From: Lingula anatina
Lineage: Eukaryota; Animalia; Brachiopoda
Length of the DNA: 64,000 nt
NCBI GenBank assembly: GCA_051362555.1
Contig: CM120640.1
Coordinates: forward strand, 21,948,001 to 22,012,000
Direction: 5' to 3'
Under the pieces are notes generated by a model that searched no databases, was not told the DNA's origin, and saw only the letters and a program-made list of their open reading frames with translations. Shown here piece after piece: positions 13,594 to 26,737 of the stretch. The stretch's first letter is position 1; every line of letters starts with the position of its first letter. The position numbers and the translations under genes were made by a program.

Positions 13594-15412
13594 AAGGAAA
13601 AGTTCCAAATATTTTCTCTCTTACAAGATCTCTTCATTTTATCCAAGTTGTCAGTTTTTATTGCCAATATTGTAAGGAAAAATAATTGTCTAACATCAGA
13701 ATTTCGCAGTGCATACAAAATTTATTATAGGAAAGAATTCCATATAAATTGGTACGCAAGCAGGTAGCAGAAACGAGCTTGCCTTGCTGTAAATCACTTT
13801 CCTGCATTTCAGAAAAAGTTGCATTTTAAAATGAAATGTCATTATGTTTTTTTAAGGATTTGAGATCTCATGTTCTTATATAATTTTAAAAATGATTTAT
13901 CATGTATGAAAGCTTTTATTACTTGGGTCGTAGAGCATCTAATTTGACTGCCATCTGGATATTTAGGATATATCAATCCATCCACCAGTAGCTGTTCATG
14001 GAATTGATCAAAAATCAGTTTTATGTCATAATGTCTGTTGGAGGTCATTTAAGAATTTCAGCCTGGAGGCCTGTCTTTCAATATTATATGCAATGACAAT
14101 AAACAAACACTGGTACATGAGGATTAATTACCATTTTATTGTTAAAATTAATTTTTTTGCAGGCTTCAATGATGCATTTCCATCCATTTTTGACTAGATG
14201 AGACAGTCTTATGCTGAACTATTGATAAGATGAAAAGTAATACTTTTCTCACATAACATAATGTAAAGAACCATTAAAAGTTTTGATTATGAAAAAAACT
14301 GAAACCCCTCGTTTCATGCAACATGTATTCTTACAAAAAAATATAATAATAATAAAATAATAATAATAATAATTATAAATAAATAAAATAAAAAAATTTT
14401 GCAATTTTCTTCTTATTTGGCTGTATTTATCATTATGTTATTGTTTGGAAACATGGAGCAATCTAAAGTTTAAGACTTGAGATTTTGGGCATCTTTCAGC
14501 CTTGTAGCATTTTCATTTGGTTAGCACTTTAAATCTGATGCCTTGTGTAACATGACACATTGATCATTACTCTTTATCTTTATTTTCATAATAATTATGA
14601 AATTATTATAATTTCCCAATGTTGTAATGGATTTTTTCTCTCTTAGAAAAATCCAAAGAAAAAGAAAACATACATATGTTCTGAGTACATTATTTTAATT
14701 TCAGTACATATGAAATGGTACAAAACTTCAAACCATAACAGCACCAACATTTTACCATTGAAATAATAACTTGATAGAAATTTTGGGCAGTAATAACATT
14801 TGCAACTACCTTAGTCTTCTACGCTCCTGCCATAAATTTCATACACATACCCATACATTATCACAGATAAAAAAAATATGTATAACTTACAATTATTTGT
14901 GTCTTTTTTATTCCAATAATCTCAATTTTTCATATAGTATTTTCTATGTAAAATAGAAAATCCTGTACTTCTGGGCTTCTCCTGCTGTTTAACTCGCAAA
15001 AAAAAATGACTTTGCCTTATATCAAGCACTACATGATCGACTTTTTAAACTTTCATATTATGCGAAAGATAACCTTGGTGCCCTATTGGAGATATATAAA
15101 TGCTTACACTATGCCTTGCAACATGAAACTGCATCTAATCCAAAAAAATTCACATAATACATAGAAATGTCCATGTTTTTTCCTAAATGTATTCAAATTG
15201 CACATTGTGGACTAGGTTCCTAAATAATTGAAGAATCAATAGTATGATGTTCTGAAAAAATTGCCTTATTTGGATTAAATGTGACATTACATAAGTTACC
15301 TTAATGAAACAGTTATTCATATTCAGTAAATAAAAAATATTCTAGTAAGAATTGTAAATGTGGCAAAATCCTTATAAATATTAAATATGGCAAAAAATTC
15401 ATCAAAATTCTC

Positions 15413-18400
15413 CTAACGATGCTTTTTAGCATCATCTTTGACTTTCCACAGCATCAGCTCCAGGCATGCCATTGCATCCTCTTTGCTGTCATGACCTCCA
15501 ACTGAAACAGACATCTCAAGTTTGAAATTTATAGCTTTCATAAAAGTTAAAATCCCATTGACCCAAATTGTGAAAAACTCCTTCAGTTTTTAAGATTTCA
15601 ACAAATGTTTTGTATGATGATGATGATGAAGACCGATTTCATGTTTTACAAAAATCACTTATACAGTAAATATTCAATACACATACAATTACTTCTATAA
15701 GCTTTTAGAACAGTCAGTTTTAGAACAGTCTTACCATCATCCTGTATTATTTTCTGCATATATTCCACCATGAGAGTCTTGAGTGCTCTCTTATAAGGTG
15801 GCCCCATCTTGTGAGGGAACACTACTGAGGTGTCCACCACTGTGCTGTGAATCAGCTGCAAGTAGACATCAAAATGCAAAACTTTTATATCATTCATCAT
15901 TAAAACAGCTCCATAAGTCTGCTCTTCTTCTTGGGGTATAAATTTGATGGTGCGAATGCAAAAAATTCTAAATCTAGCTGTGAGGAGCATGTTAAAAGCT
16001 AAATCTTAGAACAAATTTGGGTTGCAAATCTGATCTGATCATTATATAACGTTACTACTTAACCAACTCCTCCTACCTTGAGTGAAATCAAATCACTCTC
16101 TAAACTGTGACCCATTAGTATAGTTTTATCACTGAACAAACTGAGGAGTACAGCCTGGACATCTCTGATGGTGGTCCTTACTCCCTTCAGATCTTCCTTC
16201 TTCAATCCACTGAACCTAAAGAACCAGTAAAATCCCTGTTAATTTTTACTTATCTTTCATAAAATCCAGTTTTTCTGTTTTAAACCAAAGTAAATTTTTC
16301 TAAAAATCTATCATTCATAATATGATTATAATTCGGTTGTTAAGATACATCTCCACAAAATTTAAAGAACAGCTCTTAAAATGCAGCTCCACAAATTCCA
16401 AAAAGTAAATCCCACCCAACATAAGCTATTACCTTGTGTTGCAGTCAATGACTGGTTTTTCAGGTTTGACTAAGGTTTCATATGCTGGCTTCATGGCTCC
16501 CCCTATCACTGTGACCCTGGCCAGTTCTATGCCTGCTGTGGTGTACACCTTAAACACACAGGTTAACAGCATCAAGTAATGCCACACTAATTTTTGGCCT
16601 TTGTTATAGATAATAAATTGCTCTAGCTACAGAACCTTACACAAAATGTAGACATAACAGGTAAAATATTATCGGTAAGCAATTTAATAAAATGTTTAAT
16701 TATAGATGTTTTGTGTAGTACATACCATTTCACAATCCAAAGCATAGACTCCATAATCTCCGTCCACAGGTGGAGAGCATGGGATAGTTCTCATAAACCC
16801 ACTGTTGTTTTCATATTTGTTTTGTTCATGCACATGGAGCTGAAAGTATTTTGTAAATTTCTTATTTAGGGAAGATGGATCTAAATATATTTGCATTTAA
16901 AAACTTCAAAGCCATTCATGTTTTGAAGTTGAGAGAAAAACTATGTCTTCAAAGTGTATTAATTTTTTTTCATCAAAGAATGTATAAATCACACCTAAAT
17001 TGTTGGTTTTGTGACATTAATACGCAATTAGTTAATCTAATTAATTAGATTTTTTCTATACCTTTGCCACTTGACACCCGGCGGCTCCCAAATCACCCTG
17101 ACAACAAGTATACCTGGTCTCTATGGCACCAGCAACTAAAACAATGGAGCCAACAAAGTGAAAAGTGTGTATATGAATGGTTTAAACTTATATCTTACAG
17201 ACTAAACATTTCAGTGTTTATCAGAAATATCATACAAAAAGTAAACAGTACGGAGAAAGTCTTCAATGTATGAATTCACATGTCATTGAGTGCATTATCC
17301 GAAAACTTAAATTCCTGATGTCAATGAAAAACGGCCAAAAGAGAGCGCGTTAATAGATGACAATGACCATACTTCTCTTCTTCCAAGCCTTGCCCCAGTG
17401 GTAGTTGCACTCCTCTTGTTTGCCATACATGCCATTGGGATACACAGGGAATCTCTTCCCACATCTGCAGCAGATGCGTTCATTTTCTTAAGACAAAAGG
17501 AAAATATAATTAATTTAATCCATAATGCAGTTTCATAAGTGCTATCTGATGTCAAAACAGGAGAAATAATGATAAAACGAGTCAAATGGATATTCTGAAC
17601 ATTCAAGTCTTCGCAATATTTCTTTTATCTCATTATTATTATTATCTTTTTTCTAAAAGTGGCAAATGCCTCTACTGACACGTATACATATATTCCAATT
17701 TATCTAATGTAAAAAGGAGCATGTATATTTTGAAAAAAAAAAAGAAAAAAAAAAAGCTTAGTCTTTTTTCTCACCTATTTTAGAAAATAGTTTACTCATG
17801 CTATCTTCTCTCAGCTTTATGACGGGTGTTCCTGCACATTCAGGGTTGAATCTTGGAAACCCATTGTCCACCAGCTGTTCCTCTGTCATGATATATGGGG
17901 TAAGCTTTTTGTACAGCCCTGCATCTAGGGACAAAATAAGATTCCAGTAGACCATAATCAGAGAAACATACCTTAAATTGAACAACATATTAAAGTTGAT
18001 TTTACCTAAACTTTGATTGCTACACAAAACTAATCAGCAGTTGAAAAAACACCTCCAAGCACTTCTGAATGATGTGTCAACAGCTGCTTGTTGGCCCAGA
18101 TACTTATTTACCTGTGAAATCTTTCTCATTCAACACCACTGGTCCACCAGACCTGTTCAGTGTAAAGCTAGTTTTGGCAGCCCTTGACCCTCCCAATACA
18201 GCCTCATGTGAAAACCCTTTGGGATGTTTATCAGGTGTTTGCGATGAAGTGCCAGGCTGGTGAAGGGTGACCTCTGACCTCAGACGCTTCACTGCATTTA
18301 CAGCTACATTTAGGTATACAGTCCTGTTGGAACTGCGCTTGTATACAGCCTTCTCCTCTTCAAGACCCTGTGGATGAAAAAATATGCTTTATGTGACAAA

Positions 18401-18789
18401 CAAGCCTTAAAATCAAAAAAGTTATAACTGATCCAATACAAAATAATATAGGCTTTTATTTTGACGTGCAACTAATAAATACATACAATTTAAGAATTTT
18501 CTACACAAAATACCACCTCAAGTCACTTCAAAATGAACTGATTTGATTTTCCAATTTATTAATTAATACTTTATATAAACTTACACCAAACTAGGACAAC
18601 AAACCTACTGTGGGATAAAAAAACATATAGAAAACTTCTGACACACTTACTCTCTCATATGCATCTTTCTCAGTGTCATAAATTTTCAGACACTCATCAA
18701 TGATGAGATTCAGGTAGCGTTGTCTAACATTGACAGGAACTTTTGAACCATATTCAGATGGAATAGTTGGTCTCTTGCAGGTGACCTAG

Positions 18790-18849
<60 letters not shown>

Positions 18850-21800
18850 AAAATTATATCGCTTTTTGTTTTATTTTATTTACAGTTACGGTAAAGTGCC
18901 ATGAATTTCGAACGGCTCTTGAATTTCGAACGATCTTAAAATCGGCCGTCTGGAGTTTTTTCTGGACCATGAATTTCGGCCAGTAAGCAATTTTGCGCGA
19001 TCTTGATTTCGTGAATTTCGTACACCTTAAAATCGGCCACCGGGCTATTCTCGCGCTTATAAAGATCTAACAGTCGGCAATGTTGGCCTAGCGTACCTTT
19101 ACCTGAGTACTACGTGTGCAGCCCAAGGTGCAAGATAACGATCGGTACAGTTAGTTTAGGACGCTAAACAACATCGTCATATCCATTCATTCAGATAACA
19201 GGAGAATCTATTAAGAGTTGTACTGTCGGGCTGTTGTTTCTTTACCGCAGTATCCGGTGTCAGATAGCGATCGGTAGTTTTGCTGAGGCGCACAATAGCA
19301 TTGTTAACAGTAGAGACTTCAGTAATATTAAGAGCTGCAATAAAGATTACCACTATTGCTTTCTTGTCTCGCTCAGATCGTTCACGATCTCCCGCTGACG
19401 ATCTTCCGCTAATGAAGTCCCTTGAAATGTACAAATGAAATGAAAAATATTTTTAAAACCACTGACGTGCTCCGGCTGACGATCTTCCGTAAACGAAAGT
19501 CACTGAAAGAGTATGAGCTTTCTCGTTTCACTCGGATTGCGACGCTGACGATACGAAAATTGCGTTCTCGTCTCGCCCTTTGGCTTACGAAGTCTCTTTA
19601 ACAAATATGAAAATTGCCTCCTGGTCTCTCTAGGATTGCGAACGATCTCTCGCTGAAAATTTGAAATTTTCCTTTTTGTCAATCAGCTTTGTCAGTTGCC
19701 GTGCGTATGAAGGTCCGGAAGGTGTCCCCTTTCACAAATTGTTCACAAGTTTGCTTAGTGTTTTGTACCGCATGAAGGTCACTCTTGTCACTGCTGCATA
19801 CGGCGTGGAATGTGTATCTTAAAGTTCATAGAAACATTTTATTGTGTTTTGTAAGCTTTAGGAAGTAGTTTCGTTGTGACTGAATATCAGCGTACACTAC
19901 AAAGTAGTACCATTCATCTGTGACGCATCATAAAAGCTAGGTACGTCAAATTACTCTAAGAAAATTTCTTACAACGTCCAAGACAAGCCAAGACGTCATT
20001 AAAAAAGTCGCAAGCCGTCTAGCCGTCTTTGAAAATATAGGCCGTCCGGTGATGTCAGCGGCCGTCCAAATGACGGCTGGACGGTTCGCTGGGAAAAGCC
20101 TTGCTCATAAGGGTATATATATTTAACTAGGGGCTTACTGACATCACCCAGCTTACATGCGGGTGCATGCCTCCCAAAATTATATTAAAGGATAAAATTG
20201 TAATATATCTAAGTTTAATTGTTTGTAAATTTTGTAAAAATTGCCCATGCCACCCCGTTAGTTTGGAGGGTTAAGCTGGATCAAGTCTGTGTCAAAATTC
20301 TTTGAAGCTTTGCAGGAAAAATCAATCTTCCTTTGTTTCTCTGGCTCCTTGTTTAGCCCGATGATCATATTTATCTAGTGCCCCCAGGTCTGCTGGAGCA
20401 GCTCTTTGAAAATAACACACAGGTAGATTTTTATCTGAGATAAATATCGCGTTCGATACACTCAAGACAAAAGCTACCTGTGAGCTGAAGGGCACTTTAC
20501 CCTCTAATTAAGAGGTAAAGCAAGTTCCAGCTAGATGGACGATTAAGATCGGACTTCAGATGGTAACTAGTATTGTTTACCTCAGTTCTGTGAAAGCAAA
20601 CGAGAAGGGTGTCAGAACAATGGTGCATATATAAATTATACAGAGAATTTGTACATTCAGGTGACGTTAACTTATAATCGAAGGGGATTTTCGATAATAT
20701 TCCTTGAAAAGTACACTAGATTTATAGAGAATAATATCATGGTTGGCCAAAAAATTATATACGCACAGTGTATCCGTGCGTATGCCTGGTTACGCCCCTG
20801 TCGCAAACCAGCAAACCATATCCTGCTGACTACATGAAAATTGCCTTCTAGCATGGACAAAAAGTCCAAGCTTCTATGCTTGCTCGGATCGCTGACGATC
20901 TCTTGCTGACGAATATAGTAACGAAGTCCCTTGAACTAGTGTGGAAATTGGCTTATTGTCGCGCTCAGATCGCTCACTATCTCCCATTGACGATCTTCCA
21001 GTCCCTTAAACGAATATAAAAACTGCCTTTTCGGTTTACTCTAGATTACCTATCTCTCGCGTTTGTTTGAAGATGGTTTCAATGACAAAACGTGCATGCT
21101 TTTCAAATGCGTACATTGACGCAACTATGCGCCAGGAAATCAGTTGCTGCTGCTGGTCAAGATTGGGTTGCCTGAGCGAAAAAAAAAAACGGCCCTAAAG
21201 CCCCCCTCAAACCTAGTATATTTGATCGCAGACAACAATCAGCGGTCATCTTGGTCGCAGCGCACGACGGAGAGAGACCGTAATACAAAGTTCGGCTGCC
21301 GTGGCGAAGGCTACCTGTGCGCCGCACATACCGATCTGCGGTCGTAGTGGCCTCCCCGCACGGAGGAGAGGCCGTAGTGCAGAGGCCGGCTTCTGCAGGG
21401 AAGGCTACGTATGCGTCGGAGACACCGACACGCGAACGACGAGATGAGGACGCATTCGCGCGTAAAGCTCCGCCCGACTTTAACGGTAAAGGCAACGAAC
21501 CTGGTCGCGGAAGACACTTATCGCAGATGAAGGCTACCTGCACGTGTGCCATAGACACTGATCGGCTGTCGTCTCGGTTTCAGTGCACGGAAAGGAGCAA
21601 CGGTAACACTAAGCTACCATAGTAAAGGTAATCTGGCCGTGGCAGACGCTAATCGTCGGCCGTCTCTCCCTCCGTCCACTCCCGTTCTGAGCGCCAGGAT
21701 CGTTTTTGAAAAACGACACTAGTTTCTGGCTGCCAGAATCGCTTTTGAAAAACGACACTACTGATAACGATGTTTTGCGGCCCTAGACAACAGTACAACT

Positions 21801-24800
21801 CTATCTATGGGCCATACACAGTGATCGGGTGAAAGTACGTGTACACCTTTGGTCGCAATTACCGACACTCACACATCATACATTACGGTAACTTTAAATA
21901 GATCGTCGGGAGAAGATAATAGAAGGCCTAGCGACGAACAGACAACTTCCGGTCAAAATTGACAGAATTCCATGAAATTCGAACGTTTGGAAGTTCTGAG
22001 CACCTCCATTTCATGAATTTCGGCCAGAACGATCTTTTCCCAAATTTAATTATTTTCTACTGTTCGAAATTCATGGCACATTACCGTATAACTTATAAGT
22101 GCATGTTAGTGTGGATAAGATATCCATAAAACCTAATATTACTACCACCAATGAAAATGTTAACTTAATCACAGTTTCATAAGATACCTTGGTCGGCACT
22201 CTTGCGACTCTTTTTGCACCTTTTGGATTGGTGCTGATACATGTGGAGGCTGACTCTGTCTTTTTGGGTGTTGACTTGGGTCTTTTATTTTGAAGTAGAT
22301 TACTACCAGCTGCACTATGTGCAACTCTTTTTCCAGTTGGCTAAAGTTGGAAAAAAGATGTTATGTTAATGATTGTTGTTTCGTCATGATTAAGGTGAAA
22401 AAGGGCATTTTTCAACTTAAAAAAGATAAGGTCACTTTTTTTCCATCAATTATGTTACCAAGGACTTCATACCCTGGTGTTAATCAGTGGCAAAATCACA
22501 CCTAAAATACCAATCATAACGAAAAAGCAGTGAGAGGAAAAAAAAGAAAAAGTAGAAATCAAATATTTCCCTTTCTAAACTTTTCATAAATAAGACATAC
22601 AAACTTTCTCTTCAATCATTAGGACAAAATGGAAAAATACTTAACTTGTTTAAGACTCGATAAGAAAGATGTGTTGTAGAAAATTCTTACTTTGACTTGA
22701 GAATCTGACACAGATTTAGCTGCTGTGGCTGATGTAGAAGCTGCCGCCTCCTCTGCCTGCTTCTGAAGCTGCAGGAACCTGTTGTGCATCACTTGAGCTG
22801 GAGATGGACGGTAATAAGGCTTGGCTGATTCCTTGGCATGATTGGACTGTTAAAGAAAAGTGATAAAATTATTGTGTCAACATCATCAGTTACCAGTCTA
22901 TTTTCGTGTATTATATCTTTTAAGTATGTGGAAGTATTATGGTGTATCACATGATTTACACATGTTGTAAAATGTACAATACATTCTTTAAAGCAAATAC
23001 TTTAACTGTTCACATAACAGACAATGTAAGCAAGTCAAAAAATAGAATATCATAACCAACAAAAAATACATCTTGTACAAAACCAACCAACATTAAACAT
23101 AAAAAAATCAATCAAAATTGAATCAGAGCAGCTCTATGTATCAATTTTCACCAAAGGATACTGTCTTACCCTTTCAAGTCCTGCTTGGTGAGCCACTCTT
23201 TTTTTCCCTAGTGGATTTTCAATTTTTAATTTTTCTTCTCTTTTCTTTATAATACTGGCTTGAGTGAGCATGGACTGGAATTAAAGCACACCACAGTCAT
23301 AAGAAGGCACTGCTTCTATCATGTAGGAAAAATTACAATTACGATATGGCTAATAATTTTATGGAATCAAAGTCCATTGGTCAAACAAAGATTTATGAGT
23401 AGGAGAAAATCTTTTTTTTCTGTGGAAAATTGGATTTGGAAGAAAAATCCAGGATAGGACACAAAATATATTTATAATAGTTATAACTAAAATATTACAC
23501 AATGAAGGAGCCCAAAGACCTGGAAATTTATATTACAATATTAAACAATATCATCAAAACTTTTTTTACCTTTCTGTCCCCGTCAGTTTTTTGATTGTCA
23601 GCTTTAGATGCTTCATTATATATTTTCAAACATTCATCATATGGATCCTCGTCTGACAGGTCAATGTCATAAACATCTGGGACATCTACAAAATCAGCAT
23701 CATCTTCATCTTCACTATTAGCCTGGTCATTTTGATCAAATGTGTTATCTACTTTTTGTTTCACCTCATGTTTGTGCTGCCTATTTGTCTCTGATGTTTT
23801 GTCTTCGCCCACAGATGTGATCTCTGACACACTGACATCTGACAAAGACAAATCATCCTCACTGTCAGATCCAAAAAGAATGATTTTTGAGCTATCAGTG
23901 GATACAGTTCTCGACTTTGAATGCTTACTAGACTTGGCTTCAGAGCTGCAATCTTTACTAGTCTTCGAGTCTGAAGATGACTTTCGTTTCTTGTCAGCTG
24001 AATGGCTCTTACTTTTTGAAAGCTCAGAACCTTTGTCCATTTTATCTTTTGAACAAGATCCTAACTGGGATTTTGAATCACTTGAATGATGAGATGATGT
24101 TCCACTTGTTTTATTGTGATCTGACGAGTGATGCTTTTTGCTGGAACTTTTACTACTACTGCTTGAAGAACTGGATTTCACTTTAGTATCATCAGACTTA
24201 TCCTTTCTGCTTTTATCCTTGTGTGATTCTGAATGTTTACTGCTACTACCACTGCTGTTCTTTGACTTCGAACTAGAAGATTTTGATGAACTGCTTTTTT
24301 CAGATTTCTCTTTTGATGATGAATGCCTATGACTAGATTGTGAATGTTTATGACTTGATGAGGAGTGACTGTGACGTGAATGTTTGTTATCTGATGCATG
24401 ACCACTACTTCTGTGTGAATGTGAATGATGTGATGACTTTTGATCTCTCTGCTTTGAATTGGAAGAATCATTTTGAGAAGCTGCTGCTTTCTTGTCCAAG
24501 TCTTCAATAGGGTTTTCCAACTTGACGACAGGTTTCAAATCTTCAACTTGACAGTTTAGGCTATCTCCATTTCTCTCTGCGTTTTCACTCTTATCACCAC
24601 CCACAGTGTCAACATCTTCATGCTGCTGCACTTCCTCGGGTTTCACATTTTCTTCATTGATTGTGCCAGAAGTTTCATTTTCGAATTTCGAATTTTTTGG
24701 GGTTTCCTCAGTATTATTTACAGGTACTTCTTGAGCAGCATTCTGTAATCTTGATTTCTTTTCATTTAAATCTTTTGCATCTTTTGCATCACCTTTAATG

Positions 24801-26435
24801 TCATCTGGGCTTTTGTGCTCTTTTTGCTCAGAACTCTTTTCATCCCCATGATCATCTTCATCATCATCACTGAATTTTGCTTCGATATTTTCAAACTCTT
24901 GCAAGTCTCCATCAATGCAGATATCTGATTTAAACCGCTTTGAATTTATTTCAGTTACATCAAAATTTAAATTTCTCTTAGTCCCACTTGGGCTAACAGT
25001 CTTTTTATTACTGTATTCATAATTGGTTGAGGGGTCATATTCCAACTCTGGAGAACCACATTGGGACATATGTTGTAATTGTTTAATGGGTGTGGGGTTG
25101 TATTCCGGCACTTTGCTTTTCTTTGATGGTACATAACCGCCAGATTGGCTACCAGAGGATAGTGCAACATACTGCTTCTTTTGTTGTGGAACAGATATTT
25201 GTTTTCCAGTATATTTGTTCAGATCTTCCTTTTTGGTTGGGTGGTATTCAACCTTGCCAGATGGAGACACTGGAGAAGGCTTGTACCAGTCTATCTTGGG
25301 GTTAAGGTTGCTTTCAGCTGATGAATCTCTTTTGGTTGGTATGTAAGTACAATTTGCTGAAAGCAAATTATAAACATTATTCAAAAATCATTGCTAAACC
25401 AGCATTATCACATAATGAGTTTTGCTCACAACAACATGAGTTAATTATATGATGGTATGCATGCTTTGTAATCTACATGCAATAAGAAGCAGAGGGGGGA
25501 ATCAATTAAATCTAACCATGTAAAAAACAGTGCTTCTAAGAAGGTATGTTACAGATGTAAAACATTACTTGTTTTAATGCCCTCACTTGAAGAAGTTCGT
25601 TTTCTGTGCTGACTTCCATACAGTTTCTGCTGGTCCTGCTGAATTTCCTGCTGCACCTGCTTTATAGCATTTCCAACCAAATTAAGAAGTGAAGATTTTC
25701 TTGGCTGCTGGTTGCCATTGTGTACTTCTTTACTTGAGTCACCTGATAATCAGAGTTCATATAGTTTGATAAGAATGCTTAGAGGACCTGAGCAGGAGTA
25801 ATATAGTATCACTGAATAACCCATTTGACAAACATTCAGTGTGAAGCATGATGAACAAAAACAACTCAGGGTATGGACATAAAATAAAAATATTTAACTA
25901 TTGTACTGGGTAGCTCAAACAAACTCTATGGGGACTTTTGCTGAATGCAATCAGATTAACTACTTTATATGCTTCCTTGTTACCAATGCACTCATGTAAT
26001 CACCGGCTTTTCTATATGCACTTAATGCCAGGAAGTCGCATGTTAATCTGTTAATTGTAATTGCAATTAGGGGCAGTCTCTGCGGAATTAGTGCAAACTA
26101 ACTAGTACGTCAGTTTCATTGTGAAAGCACCCTTAATCTGTCCTATCATACTGCAAAGGCTAATTAACATTGAAGTGTTTGCAAGTTGGATGCAAAGGAA
26201 ATGCGCAGTATATATAACTTTGAAACTTTTGTGGATAATATAGGATCTTATGCATTTGTCTGCATCACACTCCACAAACATCGAACAGAACTATTTAACA
26301 GTAAAATGACTGCTTACCGTGTGGCAGGGAATCCTTGGTTTTTGTATGGCGAAAGTGACAGTACGGCCTCTCACACAAACCGCTGGAATAAAACGGGCAG
26401 TTCACCCCTTTGAAATAGCCTGACGAAGGAAACAT
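15413..26435 (-). CDS. REXO1: RNA exonuclease 1 homolog (Elongin-A-binding protein 1), DEDDh 3'-5' exonuclease, about 16 coding exons
   Basis: First exon 26435-26318 encodes [30 protein letters not shown]. Large S/K/H-rich exon 25356-23570. KRVAH repeats, [35 protein letters not shown]. Exonuclease motifs [25 protein letters not shown] and [11 protein letters not shown]. Stop TAG at 15415-15413. Confidence 0.93.
18791..18847. repeat. (AAT)n microsatellite
   Basis: About 19 perfect AAT units next to a REXO1 splice acceptor. Confidence 0.95.
18889..22086. mobile_element. 3.2-kb non-autonomous TIR DNA transposon (TA target, Tc1/mariner-pogo-like) in a REXO1 intron
   Basis: Left end TA|CGGTAAAGTGCCATGAATTTCGAAC and right end GTTCGAAATTCATGGCACATTACCG|TA form a ~25-bp TIR with one mismatch. 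Repeated subterminal (CAT)GAATTTCG motifs at both ends. No recognisable transposase ORF. Confidence 0.85.
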
Positions 26436-26737
26436 GTCAGGTTAAACAGTTTTAGATGGCAAAGGAAGGAAAATTTGCTGATACTAAGTCATATTTACTA
26501 ACAATGCGTATTTAATGCTCTCTTCAGCATTTCGTGTGCTCGCATAATCAAATCTCGTATAAAATCAGCTTGACGGGTTTTCGTCAATTAGTCAACTTTA
26601 TCAAAAGAAAAAAAAGTTAATTGAATGAATAGATAGCACTCAACATTATAATGATAAATAATGAGCCCAAACAAGGCAATGGACAATATCAAACAATAGA
26701 AATAGTATTTTCCCATGATTCCTTGCAGGTTAGAAAC
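26436..26737. promoter_or_regulatory. Probable bidirectional promoter between REXO1 and TUT4/7
   Basis: 302 bp separate the divergent ATGs. Central palindrome TTGACG-N6-CGTCAA at 26570-26587. Confidence 0.6.

Noticed and set aside
21144-21622. GC-rich ORFs (133 aa, 101 aa) inside the 3.2-kb element as a possible transposase
   Set aside because: No DDE/D, HTH or other recognisable motif. The open frames are explained by high GC.
23742-25305. Short ORFs overlapping the large REXO1 exon
   Set aside because: Antisense or off-frame shadows of low-complexity coding sequence.
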